Shown here in pieces: positions 39,336-49,901 of a DNA stretch of 64,000 bases (positions are counted from its first letter, which is position 1; each line of letters starts with the position of its first letter). Under the pieces are notes generated by a model. It saw only the letters and a list, made by a program, of their open reading frames with translations. It was not told the origin of the DNA and ran no database searches. A program made the translations under genes and the position numbers. Source of the stretch: an uncultured Candidatus Bathyarchaeia archaeon (GTDB taxonomy: Archaea; Thermoproteota; Bathyarchaeia; 40CM-2-53-6); contig CAZYOZ010000001.1 of assembly GCA_964649235.1 (NCBI GenBank), positions 9,102-73,101 of the forward strand, written 5' to 3'.

Positions 39336-40579
39336 AGGCTGAAGAGCTTCCTGGCTTTTTCGAGGGCATTGATGAACACATCGACTTCTTCCTTTGTATT
39401 ATAAATGTAGAAACTTGCCCGCGAAGTTGCAGGCACGCCAAGGAATTCCATCAGGGGCTGTGCGCAATGATGGCCCGAGCGGATGGCGATGCCTTCCTCA
39501 TCCATGATTGACGCTAGGTCGTGAGCATGGATGTCTCCGAGATTGAAGGAGATGACCCCCACCCGGTTTTCGACGTCCCTTGGACCGTAGGTTACTAGTC
39601 CTTTGACCTCGGACATTCTCCTTAGAGCGTAATCCGCGATGTCTCTCTCATGATCGTGTATAGTATTCATTCCTACATGATTCAAGTAGTCAACCGCTGC
39701 CCCTAACCCGATGGCGCCCGCGACATTCGGCGTTCCAGCTTCAAACTTGTATGGGAGATCCTTCCACGAGGAACCTGTGGTGTGGACTTCCCTGATCATT
39801 TCGCCTCCACCCAAGAAAGGTGGCATCTTCTCAAGGAATTCTCGTTTTCCGAATAGAACGCCAATTCCTGTTGGCCCCATCATCTTGTGGCCTGAGAACG
39901 CCATAAAGTCGCAATCAAGATCCCTCACGTTCACGGACATGTGGGGAACCGATTGGGCCGCGTCCACCATCATCAGTGCGCCATAACGGTGGGCAACGCG
40001 GCCGATTTCCCTAATCGGGTTCACGGTGCCGAGAACATTCGATGCGTGCGTCACGCAGACTATTTTCGTTCTTTCGTCAATCAGTTCGTGGATTTCGTCT
40101 TGTCGCAGTAGCCCATTTTCATCGATCTTGACGAATGCTACTTCTGCCCCCTTTTCATGTGCAAGCAACTGCCATGGAACAATGTTACTGTGGTGTTCCA
40201 TGATTGTTAGGACTATTTTGTCCCCTCTTCCTATGTTTGCCCTTCCCCAAGAATTCGCGACTAGGTTTATGGCTTCCGTTGCATTTCGAACGAAAATCAT
40301 CTCTTCAGTGTGGCGGCCGTTGATGAATTTCGCAACTTTTTCTCGAGCTTCTTCGTGGGCAATTGTAGCTTCCTCGGCTAGTTTGTGGATTCCGCGGTGA
40401 ATGTTTGCGTTATAATCGCTGTAGTATCTCGTGAGTGAGTCGATTACTGTTCTTGGTTTCTGCGATGTTGCGGCATTATCGAAGTAGATTAGAGTTTTTC
40501 CGTTGACTTGGCGTCTGAGGATTGGGAAATCGTCCCGGATCCTGAGAACGTTTATGGTGTGTAGCCTTTCAACCAACAC
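39332..40579 (-). CDS. sufS: cysteine desulfurase (SufS-type, class V aminotransferase)
   Basis: 415 aa. FDNAATSQKP, PLP-lysine SGHKMMGPTGIGVLFGK and active-site RSGHHCAQP. Confidence 0.9.
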   Translation of the reverse strand: MLVERLHTINVLRIRDDFPILRRQVNGKTLIYFDNAATSQKPRTVIDSLTRYYSDYNANIHRGIHKLAEEATIAHEEAREKVAKFINGRHTEEMIFVRNATEAINLVANSWGRANIGRGDKIVLTIMEHHSNIVPWQLLAHEKGAEVAFVKIDENGLLRQDEIHELIDERTKIVCVTHASNVLGTVNPIREIGRVAHRYGALMMVDAAQSVPHMSVNVRDLDCDFMAFSGHKMMGPTGIGVLFGKREFLEKMPPFLGGGEMIREVHTTGSSWKDLPYKFEAGTPNVAGAIGLGAAVDYLNHVGMNTIHDHERDIADYALRRMSEVKGLVTYGPRDVENRVGVISFNLGDIHAHDLASIMDEEGIAIRSGHHCAQPLMEFLGVPATSRASFYIYNTKEEVDVFINALEKARKLFSL

Positions 40580-40664
40580 TCAGACCTGCAGACATTGTGT
40601 GGCCGACGGAACATAACGTACGTCATAACAATATAAACTCTCCAAGCAATTCTCGAACTACGTG

Positions 40665-40973
40665 TCAAACTTCTACGTAAACACTTGTGCTTTCAACTTT
40701 CAGCTTGTATGTGCCCAATGGCACGACTGCCGGTGGATTCTGAACCGCTCCGGACCTGACATCAAATCTCGACAAATGTAGGGGGCATGTTACTTCAGAC
40801 CCTGTCAAGAAACCTAACGACAGGTCGGCCGTTTCATGCGTACAGATCCTATCTACAGCGTGGAGAGTTCCGTCAACGTTCACGATCATCAGACGTTTCC
40901 CCGCGACATCCACGGGGAACATTGTTCCTGCCTGAACATCGGAGACATCGCAGGCCTTGACGTATTCGCCCAA
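40665..40973 (-). CDS. Rieske [2Fe-2S] domain protein
   Basis: 102 aa. CTHETADL ... CPLHLSRF (CxH...CxxH). Confidence 0.8.
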   Translation of the reverse strand: MGEYVKACDVSDVQAGTMFPVDVAGKRLMIVNVDGTLHAVDRICTHETADLSLGFLTGSEVTCPLHLSRFDVRSGAVQNPPAVVPLGTYKLKVESTSVYVEV

Positions 40974-41130
40974 TCTTGAACCATCGGAACTTGCCGAGGG
41001 CTGTAATTACCCTTTTTGGCGACACGGGGCTCCGTGTTCTTTCCAGTTGTGCACGATGGCGACAGTGAGTATTGTAAGTATTGTTAGTTCCCAACACCTA
41101 TTTGCTTGGCTGGACCGGATTTGAAAGTGA

Positions 41131-42276
41131 GTGACGCACGTGGAATTTTCAGTGAGCAAACCCCAAGCGGCGGTTATGAGAAGGACTCGAAGATTTGTCG
41201 AAGATTATGTCTTGCCGAACGCTGACCGTTGGGACAAGTGCAAAAAGTTCCCCATGCAAGCATGGGGGGCATTGAGGAGAGCTGGCTTAACGGGGCTACC
41301 CATCCCACGCAAGTACGGAGGCGCAGGCCAAGATGTGGTTAGCTACGTTCTGGCAGTTGAAGAAATCTCCAGGGCCTCAGCAGCACTCGGCGTAACATTG
41401 GCCGTGCACGTGTCGTTAGCGAGTCAGCCGTTCCTTTGGTTTGGATCTGAGAGGCAAAAGAGACGTTACTTGAAACCACTAGCGCAGGGAAAGCAGCTCG
41501 GGTCATTCTGCTTGACTGAACCAGGTGCAGGAAGTGACGTAGCGTCGATGGAGTCCAAGGCGGTCCTGAAAGGCGACGAGTATGTAGTCAGCGGACGAAA
41601 GTACTTCATCGTTAACGCCCCGCTGGCGAGCACATACCTCGTGTTTGCCATGACTGACAAGTCTCTAGCCCACCGTGGGATTTCCTGCTTCATCGTTGAG
41701 AGAGGCATGCCTGGTGTGAAGATTGGCAAGGTCTTCGACAAGATGGGAATTCGGTCGTCTATGGTTTCGGAGGTTAAGTTCGATAATGTGCGGGTCCCAG
41801 CGGAGAACATGCTTGGCAGGCGAGGAGACGGCTTCAGGATCGCGATGGAGACTCTGGATTGCGGACGGATCAGCATCGCCGCCCAAGCAGTAGGCATAGC
41901 TCAAGCATCTCTCGATGCAGCAATTCAGCATGCCCGCTCGAGAGTCCAGTTCGGGAGGCCCATCTCAGACTTGCAAGCGATACGTTGGATGATTGCTGAC
42001 ATGGCTACAGAAATCGAGGCTGCGAGGCTGTTGACTTACAGGGCCGCTCGATTGACTGACGAAGGAAGAAAGCATACGAAAGAAGCCAGCATGGCGAAGC
42101 TGTTCGCTGCATCAACAGCCGTCGAAGCTACGCGCAGAGCGCTCCAGATCTATGGTGGTTACGGATACATGGCAGACCTGCCGATTGAGAGATACTACCG
42201 CGACGCGAAGATTACCGAGATCTACGAAGGCACCTCAGAGATTCAGAGATTAGTGATTTCCAACGAACTTCTGTGA
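41131..42276 (+). CDS. acyl-CoA dehydrogenase
   Basis: 381 aa. ACAD N-terminal, middle and C-terminal domains. C-terminal YEGTSEIQRLVI signature. Confidence 0.9.
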   Translation: MTHVEFSVSKPQAAVMRRTRRFVEDYVLPNADRWDKCKKFPMQAWGALRRAGLTGLPIPRKYGGAGQDVVSYVLAVEEISRASAALGVTLAVHVSLASQPFLWFGSERQKRRYLKPLAQGKQLGSFCLTEPGAGSDVASMESKAVLKGDEYVVSGRKYFIVNAPLASTYLVFAMTDKSLAHRGISCFIVERGMPGVKIGKVFDKMGIRSSMVSEVKFDNVRVPAENMLGRRGDGFRIAMETLDCGRISIAAQAVGIAQASLDAAIQHARSRVQFGRPISDLQAIRWMIADMATEIEAARLLTYRAARLTDEGRKHTKEASMAKLFAASTAVEATRRALQIYGGYGYMADLPIERYYRDAKITEIYEGTSEIQRLVISNELL

Positions 42277-42285
42277 TGTGTCTGT

Positions 42286-43725
42286 ATGACATTGAAATCG
42301 AAAGGCGAGTACCTGAGCAGCATCAGGAAGCAGAACGCCGAAGCCTACCTACTGGGGAAGCGCATACCCGATGTGACAAAGAACCCCTTTACGCGCTTAG
42401 CTCTGAATGGCGTTGGCCAGATCTATGAGTTCTCGAGGGACCCTAGCTTTGCGGGCCTTCTCACTAGGAGGGGAGAGTCTGGAGCTGCGATCAGCGCCTA
42501 CTGCTCAATTCACAAGACGAGAGAGGATCTGGTCAATCGTGTTCGCGCGGCTCGCTTGGTATGCCAGAAGACTGGAGTCTGCACGGCCAGCCGTTGCTGT
42601 GGCTGGGATGCTCTCAATGCTCTGTGGCACACCACATACGAAATAGATTCCCGCTTCAAGACAAGCTACCACAAAGGGCTGAGACGATACGCCGCAAAGG
42701 TACAGGACAGGGACTTGACTTGTGCTGGAGCGCTAACAGACCCAAAGGGCAACCGGTCCCTGAAACCGAGGCACCAACCAGACAAAGACATGTATCTTAG
42801 GCTAGTTGACGAGAACAGGAAAGGTATCATAGTTCGAGGAGCCAAAAGCATGATTGGAGGAGCCATAGGCTCACACGAGATAATCGTTCAGCCTGGCACT
42901 GGCTTCTCCGAGGCAGAGAAGGAACATGCTATTGCTTTTGCGATCCCGCTGGACGCTGAGGGTGTCGTTCAAGTGGTTGACATGCAGCCGGGTGGCGAGA
43001 GGAAGTTGGAAGATCGTTTCGATAAGGGAAACGTCAATTTTGGGTCTTCTGAGTCGCTGGTCGTGTTTGACGATGTCTTTGTCCCGAGAGAGAGGGTCTT
43101 CATGAATGGCGAGTACGAATACGCGGCGGAAGCTGTTAACAAATTCGTACTCTTACACCGGATGACTCTTGGTGGGTGCCTCGCTGGATGTGGGGACGTC
43201 TTGACAGGTGCCGCCGCGCTGATGGCAGAGTACAACGGGCTCTCCAGACAGCTTGCTGACCGTCTAGCTGAGATGACCTATCTCTCGGAAGCCCTGTACT
43301 CACAGGCGCTGGGCGCCGCTCACGAAGGCCAGGCCACTCTATCTGGGGCATGGTTCCCAGACCCTCTCTTGGCAAATGTCACGAAAATCAGCGTCTCCCG
43401 GCTCCCGTACGAAATTCAGAAGATAGCGGAGGACATAGGGGGCGGCATGGTCTCATGCATGCCGTCAGAACTCGACCTGAAAAACCTTAGGATCGGGGCG
43501 CTTGTCGAGAAGTACTACCGCGGGTCCCGCGAGGTCACAGCGGAGATGAGATTGAGAGCTGCTAAGTTGATTGAGAGCATGGTGGCTGGCCCCGGGAGGC
43601 TTGGCGCGCTTTGCATGCATGGTGGAGGTTCACCCGCGGCTGCCCAGATGGCGGTCAGGGAGCTCTCTGACCTCGAGAGAAAGAAGGACATGGCCAGAAG
43701 ATTGGCCGGCATAAAACAAGAATAA
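42286..43725 (+). CDS. 4-hydroxybutyryl-CoA dehydratase / vinylacetyl-CoA isomerase family (HpaB-like fold)
   Basis: 479 aa. Cys99, Cys104/105, His291 and Cys298 fall where the [4Fe-4S] ligands (C99, C103, H292, C299) of characterised 4-HBD enzymes lie. Confidence 0.7.
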   Translation: MTLKSKGEYLSSIRKQNAEAYLLGKRIPDVTKNPFTRLALNGVGQIYEFSRDPSFAGLLTRRGESGAAISAYCSIHKTREDLVNRVRAARLVCQKTGVCTASRCCGWDALNALWHTTYEIDSRFKTSYHKGLRRYAAKVQDRDLTCAGALTDPKGNRSLKPRHQPDKDMYLRLVDENRKGIIVRGAKSMIGGAIGSHEIIVQPGTGFSEAEKEHAIAFAIPLDAEGVVQVVDMQPGGERKLEDRFDKGNVNFGSSESLVVFDDVFVPRERVFMNGEYEYAAEAVNKFVLLHRMTLGGCLAGCGDVLTGAAALMAEYNGLSRQLADRLAEMTYLSEALYSQALGAAHEGQATLSGAWFPDPLLANVTKISVSRLPYEIQKIAEDIGGGMVSCMPSELDLKNLRIGALVEKYYRGSREVTAEMRLRAAKLIESMVAGPGRLGALCMHGGGSPAAAQMAVRELSDLERKKDMARRLAGIKQE

Positions 43726-43786
43726 CTAGGCGCCGGCAACATTCGATAACTACTCCCGTAGACACATCGCCTCGTGAGACGAAGCT

Positions 43787-44620
43787 ATGAACAAACCAAG
43801 GGTCGTCGCTTTTCAGGGCGAGCATGGTGCATATAGTGAACAGGCTGCGCTGAACCACTTTGGAATAACAGTCGAGACTCTCCCCTGCAGGGCTCTTCAG
43901 AAAGTCTTCGGAGTAGTTGAGGACGGAGGTGCAGAGATGGGAGTCATACCTGTCGAGAACTCACTAGAGGGGAGCATCAACCTTACCTACGACCTTCTCC
44001 TCGAATCGAATCTGAGAATAATCGGCGAAATCAAGCATAGAATCACCCATTGCCTTGTTGGTCCTCCAGGGACAAGGTTGGAGGACATCAAAGTCGTGTA
44101 CTCGCATCCGCAGGCGCTGGCTCAGTGCTCAGTTTTTCTGGATGGGCTGGGAATTCAGACATCTCCCACTTACGACACCGCTGGCAGCGTGAAGATGATA
44201 AAAGAGAGGCGGCTTCCAAACTCTGCCGCAATTGCAAGTGAACATGCCGCGGAAATATACGGCCTGACGGTTCTGCGCAAAGGAATAGAAGACTATTCCC
44301 AGAACTTCACTCGGTTCTTCGTGATAAGCAAGCACGAACCAGAACCATCAGGAAGAGACAAGACGACCATTGTATTCGGAACAAAGCATGCTCCCGGCGC
44401 ACTTCATAGAGCACTGGGCGAACTTGCCGACAGAGGAATAAACCTCACGAAGATTGAATCTCGGCCGGTGAGAACAACGCCCTGGGAATACTATTTCTTC
44501 GTGGATTTCGAGGGACACTCAAAAGACTACAAATGCGCGGAAGCGCTTGAAGCCTTGAGGGCTTCCGCAACCTTCCTGAAGGTCCTGGGCTCCTATCCAC
44601 GTGCCACAGATGACATTTGA
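43787..44620 (+). CDS. pheA: prephenate dehydratase with C-terminal ACT domain
   Basis: 277 aa. PDT domain followed by an ACT regulatory domain (ESRPVRTTPWEYYFFVDFEGH). Confidence 0.85.
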   Translation: MNKPRVVAFQGEHGAYSEQAALNHFGITVETLPCRALQKVFGVVEDGGAEMGVIPVENSLEGSINLTYDLLLESNLRIIGEIKHRITHCLVGPPGTRLEDIKVVYSHPQALAQCSVFLDGLGIQTSPTYDTAGSVKMIKERRLPNSAAIASEHAAEIYGLTVLRKGIEDYSQNFTRFFVISKHEPEPSGRDKTTIVFGTKHAPGALHRALGELADRGINLTKIESRPVRTTPWEYYFFVDFEGHSKDYKCAEALEALRASATFLKVLGSYPRATDDI

Positions 44621-44821
44621 CCGGTACTCCAGCCGCGTACCAAATTGTGGCAGACGCGTTAAAACAAACCGTCCTACCAAGTCGAAATGAAGCAATGTCT
44701 CCGAAGATTCACATACATGCACCCCGTTGCGGTCCTGTTCAATGTCTTGGGCGGATTGCTGGCGCGGGGTCCTAAGGCTGGTTCCGCGGTCCCCGCATCG
44801 CTGTGGCCAGAATATGTTTCG

Positions 44822-46486
44822 TCATTCTTCGGTTGACCCAGATGCAGGCTTGAAGAGTTTTTCTTTGTCCAGTAAGAGTTCTGTCTCAACGTACCTGCGG
44901 CCGTACATCTTCTTCACTATTAGGAAACGTCTTGACCGTTCCTTCAGCTCTCTCTCGTAGATCTCGATAATCCCGTCGAAGAAATCGATGACCGTGTGCG
45001 CTTCCTCTCTCGAGGTTATCAAGGGATTGAGCGTGGCCAGTATCGTGAAACCTTGGGCTTTTCGTTTGTCAACAAAATCCGCCAACCACTTGCGGGTTGT
45101 AAGCGATTTATGTTGCAGAAGTACTTCCGAAACAATGTCGAGGATCAGCATCTTGTCAGGCGCTTTCTCCAGGCCACGGTCCGTGATGGTCTTGCTTAAC
45201 ACTATGTTGAAGTCGCTCAGGTTTTCAACGCGAGGAAGCCCATAGACGTTTGGTGCGGCCAACCTGTCAGCATGCGGGCAGAAGGCATAGAAGTCCTTCT
45301 GGAACTGGGAGGCCAGATCTCTTGTCCTGCCTAAGTCCCCTGATACGTAGAAGGTGGGCCTGGCGGAGGAGACGCACGATTCGACAACTCTCCGCAGGAG
45401 GAGGTCCCTTTCATCGCAGGATGGAGAAACAAGCAAGACCGCGTATCCTTCCGGCAAGCCACCTGCCAAAACTGCGTCCAAATCCGTGTAGCCAGTCGAA
45501 ACGCTCGGTCCGGAAGGCACGGGAACCTCAATGGGCCGAGGTGCTTCTTGCTCTGCTACTGCAGATTCCGTTTCTTGAACGGGGATCGCGGCCGGTTTTC
45601 TTCTTCTTTTCACGATCATAAACGATGCTACGACCAAGACAGCTACTAGTCCGACTAATGCAAACACGCCAATTGGCGTTTGACGAGGCTCGCCTGGAGT
45701 TGTGGGCGTTGTGGTTGTGGCAGTAGGGGTGATCGGATTTTCTAGAATTGAGAGCGCCAGAGCTGCCGTGTAGGGCGTCTTTGTATTTGCGTCAAGGACG
45801 CCGGCAAACAGCTGCTCATCAGTTCCTCCGTAAGTGTTTCCTGCTGACATCGACCAGTCATGGCGTGCGTCCCCTGAGTTGAGCTTCTTCCGAAATTCGC
45901 ACCACATATACGAATCGTCCTGTGTGATAGTTCCTTCAACATCATTTGTGCCGCCGTCATCAACATCATTGAGCCAACGCGAACCATCGTAACCATAGAA
46001 ATCTCCGGCAATCCCTCGTTTGTTCACCTGACCCGCGTCGCTAGTCTTTCCCTGCGTGCCGATCGCGCCGGGTCCCCAGTGGTAGTAGATGCCGCAGTTA
46101 TCTTGCGCGTTGTCAGAGGAAAGCCGCTCCACCCTCAATAGAAGATAGAGCCATTCCTCATCATGTTTGGCTCGAATTGTGGCATCCTTCTTCTCTGATC
46201 CGTCTCGTGTGTACATAGCGATAGGATTCTCTGTCGTGTCAGACCATTCAACTGCGTCCGTGGTTCGTCCGTCCAGTGTGACGGGTTTTGTTAGCAATGG
46301 AGCTTGAACACTGGTTTGGGAGAACACGGCCATGAGGGCTGTGCCGGAGAAGACGAGGAATAGAATCACAAACGCCAGTATGTTTTGGCCCTTAGCGTAA
46401 CGCAATTTGGTGGGCGGGGTCCTACTCAGCAACTTGTCATCCTGAGATGTTGTTTGGGGCTTGAGGCGATCAACCAGATCAACCAT
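44822..46486 (-). CDS. membrane protein: extracytoplasmic domain + TM + degenerate KaiC/RecA-like (DUF835-type) cytoplasmic domain
   Basis: 554 aa. N-terminal signal-anchor helix, a roughly 230-aa extracytoplasmic region, a Thr/Pro linker, a TM helix (IGVFALVGLVAVLVVASFMIV) and a C-terminal domain. The C-terminal domain is GYTDLDAVLAGGLPEGYAVLLVSPSCDERD..., where the Walker A GPPGSGKT is replaced by SPSCDERD. Confidence 0.6.
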   Translation of the reverse strand: MVDLVDRLKPQTTSQDDKLLSRTPPTKLRYAKGQNILAFVILFLVFSGTALMAVFSQTSVQAPLLTKPVTLDGRTTDAVEWSDTTENPIAMYTRDGSEKKDATIRAKHDEEWLYLLLRVERLSSDNAQDNCGIYYHWGPGAIGTQGKTSDAGQVNKRGIAGDFYGYDGSRWLNDVDDGGTNDVEGTITQDDSYMWCEFRKKLNSGDARHDWSMSAGNTYGGTDEQLFAGVLDANTKTPYTAALALSILENPITPTATTTTPTTPGEPRQTPIGVFALVGLVAVLVVASFMIVKRRRKPAAIPVQETESAVAEQEAPRPIEVPVPSGPSVSTGYTDLDAVLAGGLPEGYAVLLVSPSCDERDLLLRRVVESCVSSARPTFYVSGDLGRTRDLASQFQKDFYAFCPHADRLAAPNVYGLPRVENLSDFNIVLSKTITDRGLEKAPDKMLILDIVSEVLLQHKSLTTRKWLADFVDKRKAQGFTILATLNPLITSREEAHTVIDFFDGIIEIYERELKERSRRFLIVKKMYGRRYVETELLLDKEKLFKPASGSTEE

Positions 46487-46960
46487 ATGGGATTCCTACA
46501 CAAAAGAGCAGAGTCTCCTCGACCTGTTTCGATATTAGACTTTCCAAGCTGCGCGAATTTGCAGAAGGTAAAGAGCAACCCAAACTAGGATTTGGTTGAC
46601 CCGAAATTTTACAGAGGAAATGGAAAACGGCTGAGGTGCAGGTCAAAAATGACTGGTTGACTCAATGCTTTCGAGAACGTCATGAGCGTTGAACGCGTAA
46701 TAGTTTCGCATGTTCTTTGTTCTCTTGCGACCGGGTAACTGTATTTTCAGGATATCCTGCTTTTCGCGAATCGCTTTGACAACCGCAGCGGGTGGAAGGA
46801 TGGATCGCGAGGCAACGTGATGCGGTTGGAAATGTATTCGAACCTACTCGCTCACGCGAACGCTAAGCCGGCATCAAGCTTGGTCTACCTAAGAGGCAAA
46901 CAAATCAGCCCGGAAAGATTCGTAGCGCTATCAGAAATATCGGGCCGACCTATGATATCA

Positions 46961-48379
46961 TTAACGGTATTTGTAGTGGCCCTCGAATATGTCGCGGGTC
47001 TTGTGTATTTCCTCCGGGTACTCGTCCTCAAACTCAGGAATCCTTATCGATGATTCGAAATCGTAAACCCCTGACCACTTCAAGTCAACGATTCTTCTAA
47101 TTCGCTTGGCGACTTGCAGAACTGGGATTCGCTCTATCACGGGTTCGAAGAATCCGATTATGATCAGTTTCTTGGCCTCGTCTTCCGATAGGCCTCTTGA
47201 CATCAGGTAGAAGATCTGCTCATCGTTTATCTGAGCAACTGAGGCGGAATGGGTGGCTTTGACTTCATTCGTTTCGATTTCGAGTCCAGGAATGGCGTCT
47301 GCGCGTGCATCCTTCCCGACGAGCATGCCATGTTCGGCAAGGTAAGCACGTGAGTTCTTTGCTTCCTTTCCGATCCGTATCATGCCCTTGAAGATTGACC
47401 TCGCCTTGTCTCTCACGACTCCCTTAGAAACTGCATGTCCTGTTGTGTTTGGGCCTGCGTGAGTTATGTTCGAGACGGTGTCGAAACGTTGCATCCCAGC
47501 GCCGAAAACGACTTCAATGTTCTCCGATGAGGCTCCTTGGCCTCTCATTACGCTCTCTAGGCGTGACCTAGTGTAGGCGCCGCCAAGGTAGCCTGAAGAC
47601 CACACGATCTGGCTGTCCCGCTCTCCGATTGACTTCTTGTTTGAAAATATGCTGACGCCTGTGGCAAGATTGTTTACAGTCGCATACGTAACCTCGGCCG
47701 CATCATAGAGGTGCGCCTCACTCAGATTGCTGTATGTCGCGCTCTTCTGTGGCCTTGCAAGTTGGGTTGAGTAGAGTTCTTCAAGGACAGTGAATTTGCT
47801 TCTCGGCTCTGCAATTACGAGATTCTGGGAGAAGAGGCCAAGGCCTTCTGAGTCGAGGATCGTCACTTGCCTGAAAGGCATGGTCACTTCTATGCCTTTT
47901 GGAACATGCAGAAAGAAACCTGATGTAAAGAGAGCGTTGTTCAGTGCAGCGAATTTGTCTTCGTCAGGCAGAATCGCTTTTTGTAGGAAGTAACTTCGGA
48001 AGAAGTCTGGGTTACTTCGAATTGCCGTTCCGATGTTCGTGAAGACTATTCCTGCTTCTTGGAGAGGCTGGTGAATCTCTGCTTGAAGAGTCTTCGATTC
48101 GATCTGGTAGAGGGTTATGGCCCGGTCAGACCTGAATTTTTCAAGAATACCGTTGACCTTTGCATGGGAAGGCTCTGCAGGCTGCAGGTTTGCTGATTCG
48201 AAGTCCACTCCGGAGAGGTCTGCGTATTTAGTGTATAGTGTGGAGAGTTCAAGCGGAAGTTTGCGGAACAGTTTCAATGATTTGACTCTGAACTCTCTCA
48301 GCCATTCCGGTTCTTCCCTTGAATCCGATATGGTTCGGATGAAGTCTTCTGTCGCTTGGGTTACCGTGACTTCTGACAT
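46961..48379 (-). CDS. sufD: Fe-S cluster assembly protein SufD
   Basis: 472 aa. SufB/SufD-family beta-helix core, positioned after sufB. Confidence 0.85.
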   Translation of the reverse strand: MSEVTVTQATEDFIRTISDSREEPEWLREFRVKSLKLFRKLPLELSTLYTKYADLSGVDFESANLQPAEPSHAKVNGILEKFRSDRAITLYQIESKTLQAEIHQPLQEAGIVFTNIGTAIRSNPDFFRSYFLQKAILPDEDKFAALNNALFTSGFFLHVPKGIEVTMPFRQVTILDSEGLGLFSQNLVIAEPRSKFTVLEELYSTQLARPQKSATYSNLSEAHLYDAAEVTYATVNNLATGVSIFSNKKSIGERDSQIVWSSGYLGGAYTRSRLESVMRGQGASSENIEVVFGAGMQRFDTVSNITHAGPNTTGHAVSKGVVRDKARSIFKGMIRIGKEAKNSRAYLAEHGMLVGKDARADAIPGLEIETNEVKATHSASVAQINDEQIFYLMSRGLSEDEAKKLIIIGFFEPVIERIPVLQVAKRIRRIVDLKWSGVYDFESSIRIPEFEDEYPEEIHKTRDIFEGHYKYR

Positions 48380-48448
48380 CTTCTGCTTGCATCTCGTCGG
48401 TTGGAGGGCCGTGAATTGTGAATGGACTGTTGCGAAAAAGGGTTGGGG

Positions 48449-49852
48449 TTAGCCGACTGAACCAGCCATCTCCAGCTGTATGAGTCTATTCAGTTCTATC
48501 GCGTATTCCATTGGAAGTTCTTTGGTGAAGGGTTCTAAGAAACCCATGACAATCATGTTTAGCGCTTCTTGCTCTGAGAGGCCTCTGGACATAAGGTAGA
48601 ACAGTTGGTCCTCGCCGATCTTTCCGACGGTTGCTTCATGAGTGGTTGTGGCATCATCTTCGTTGATCTCGTTGTACGGGTACGTATCCGTCCTTGAATA
48701 TTCGTCCAGTAGGAGAGCGTCGCATCTGACACTCGACTTCACACCCTTAGCCCCCTTCGCGACATGGAGCAAACCACGATAGGTTGTTCTTCCACCATCC
48801 TTCGAGACCGACTTCGATGTGATTCTTGAAGTGGTGTGTGGTGCGAGGTGCACAACTTTACCACCGGCGTCTTGGTGCTGGTTCTTGCCAGCGAAGGCTA
48901 TAGAGAGAATCTCAGCTTTTGCGCCAGATCCGAGCAAGTAAACTGACGGATACTTCATTGTGAGTTTGCTGCCGATGTTTCCGTCAACCCATTCGACGGT
49001 GGCGTTCGCGTAAGCGTAAGCTCGTTTGGTAACCAGATTGTAGACATCATTGGACCAGTTCTGGATAGTCGTGTAACGCACATAAGCCCCCGGCTTCGCG
49101 ATGATTTCAACGACTGCTGAGTGCAGTGAATCTGTTGAATAGATTGGTGCAGTGCATCCTTCGATGTAGTGCACTCTGCTGTTCTTCTCGGCTATGATGA
49201 GCGTTCGTTCGAATTGGCCCATGTTCTGAACATTTATCCTGAAGTACGCCTGAAGCGGTACATCCACGTGCACGCCTTCAGGAACATAGATGAAGCTCCC
49301 GCCGCTCCAGACTGCACTGTTCAGCGCGGCGAATTTGTTGTCCTCGGGCGGTATGACTGTCCCGAAATGCTTCTTCACAATCTCCGGATACTCACGGAGA
49401 GCTGTATCCGTATCGACGAAGATCACGCCCTTCTTTGCCAGGTCCTCTCTCAAATTGTGATAGACAACTTCAGATTCGTATTGCGCGCCCACACCGCCTA
49501 GGAACTTTCTCTCAGCTTCAGGGATCCCTAGCTTTTCGAAGGTTTCCTTGATGTAGCTTGGGACGTCGTCCCATGATCGGCTCTTCTTTTCGGTTGGGCT
49601 AGCGTAGTAGACCATATCATCGAAGCCAAGCTTGCTTAGGTCGCCGCCCCACGTCGGCAAAGGCCTTTTCATGAAGTGGTCATAGGCCCTGAGCCTGAAC
49701 TGGCGCATCCAGTCAGGTTCTTTCTTAATCATTGAAATTTGCTCAACAATTTCACGGCTGAGACCCTGCGGGAACTTGTACTGGTAGTCGGTGTCAGAGG
49801 ACCTGAAATTGTACTTCGAATAATCGATGTCGATTACTTGAGCGGTGGCCAT
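48449..49852 (-). CDS. sufB: Fe-S cluster assembly protein SufB
   Basis: 467 aa. SufB-type N-terminus ([13 protein letters not shown]...PTWGGDL) and the conserved C-terminal region. Confidence 0.9.
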   Translation of the reverse strand: MATAQVIDIDYSKYNFRSSDTDYQYKFPQGLSREIVEQISMIKKEPDWMRQFRLRAYDHFMKRPLPTWGGDLSKLGFDDMVYYASPTEKKSRSWDDVPSYIKETFEKLGIPEAERKFLGGVGAQYESEVVYHNLREDLAKKGVIFVDTDTALREYPEIVKKHFGTVIPPEDNKFAALNSAVWSGGSFIYVPEGVHVDVPLQAYFRINVQNMGQFERTLIIAEKNSRVHYIEGCTAPIYSTDSLHSAVVEIIAKPGAYVRYTTIQNWSNDVYNLVTKRAYAYANATVEWVDGNIGSKLTMKYPSVYLLGSGAKAEILSIAFAGKNQHQDAGGKVVHLAPHTTSRITSKSVSKDGGRTTYRGLLHVAKGAKGVKSSVRCDALLLDEYSRTDTYPYNEINEDDATTTHEATVGKIGEDQLFYLMSRGLSEQEALNMIVMGFLEPFTKELPMEYAIELNRLIQLEMAGSVG

Positions 49853-49901
49853 GCGCTTCGCCTGACTAGGCTAATCATGACATACGTTATAAGCGTTCCT
49901 T

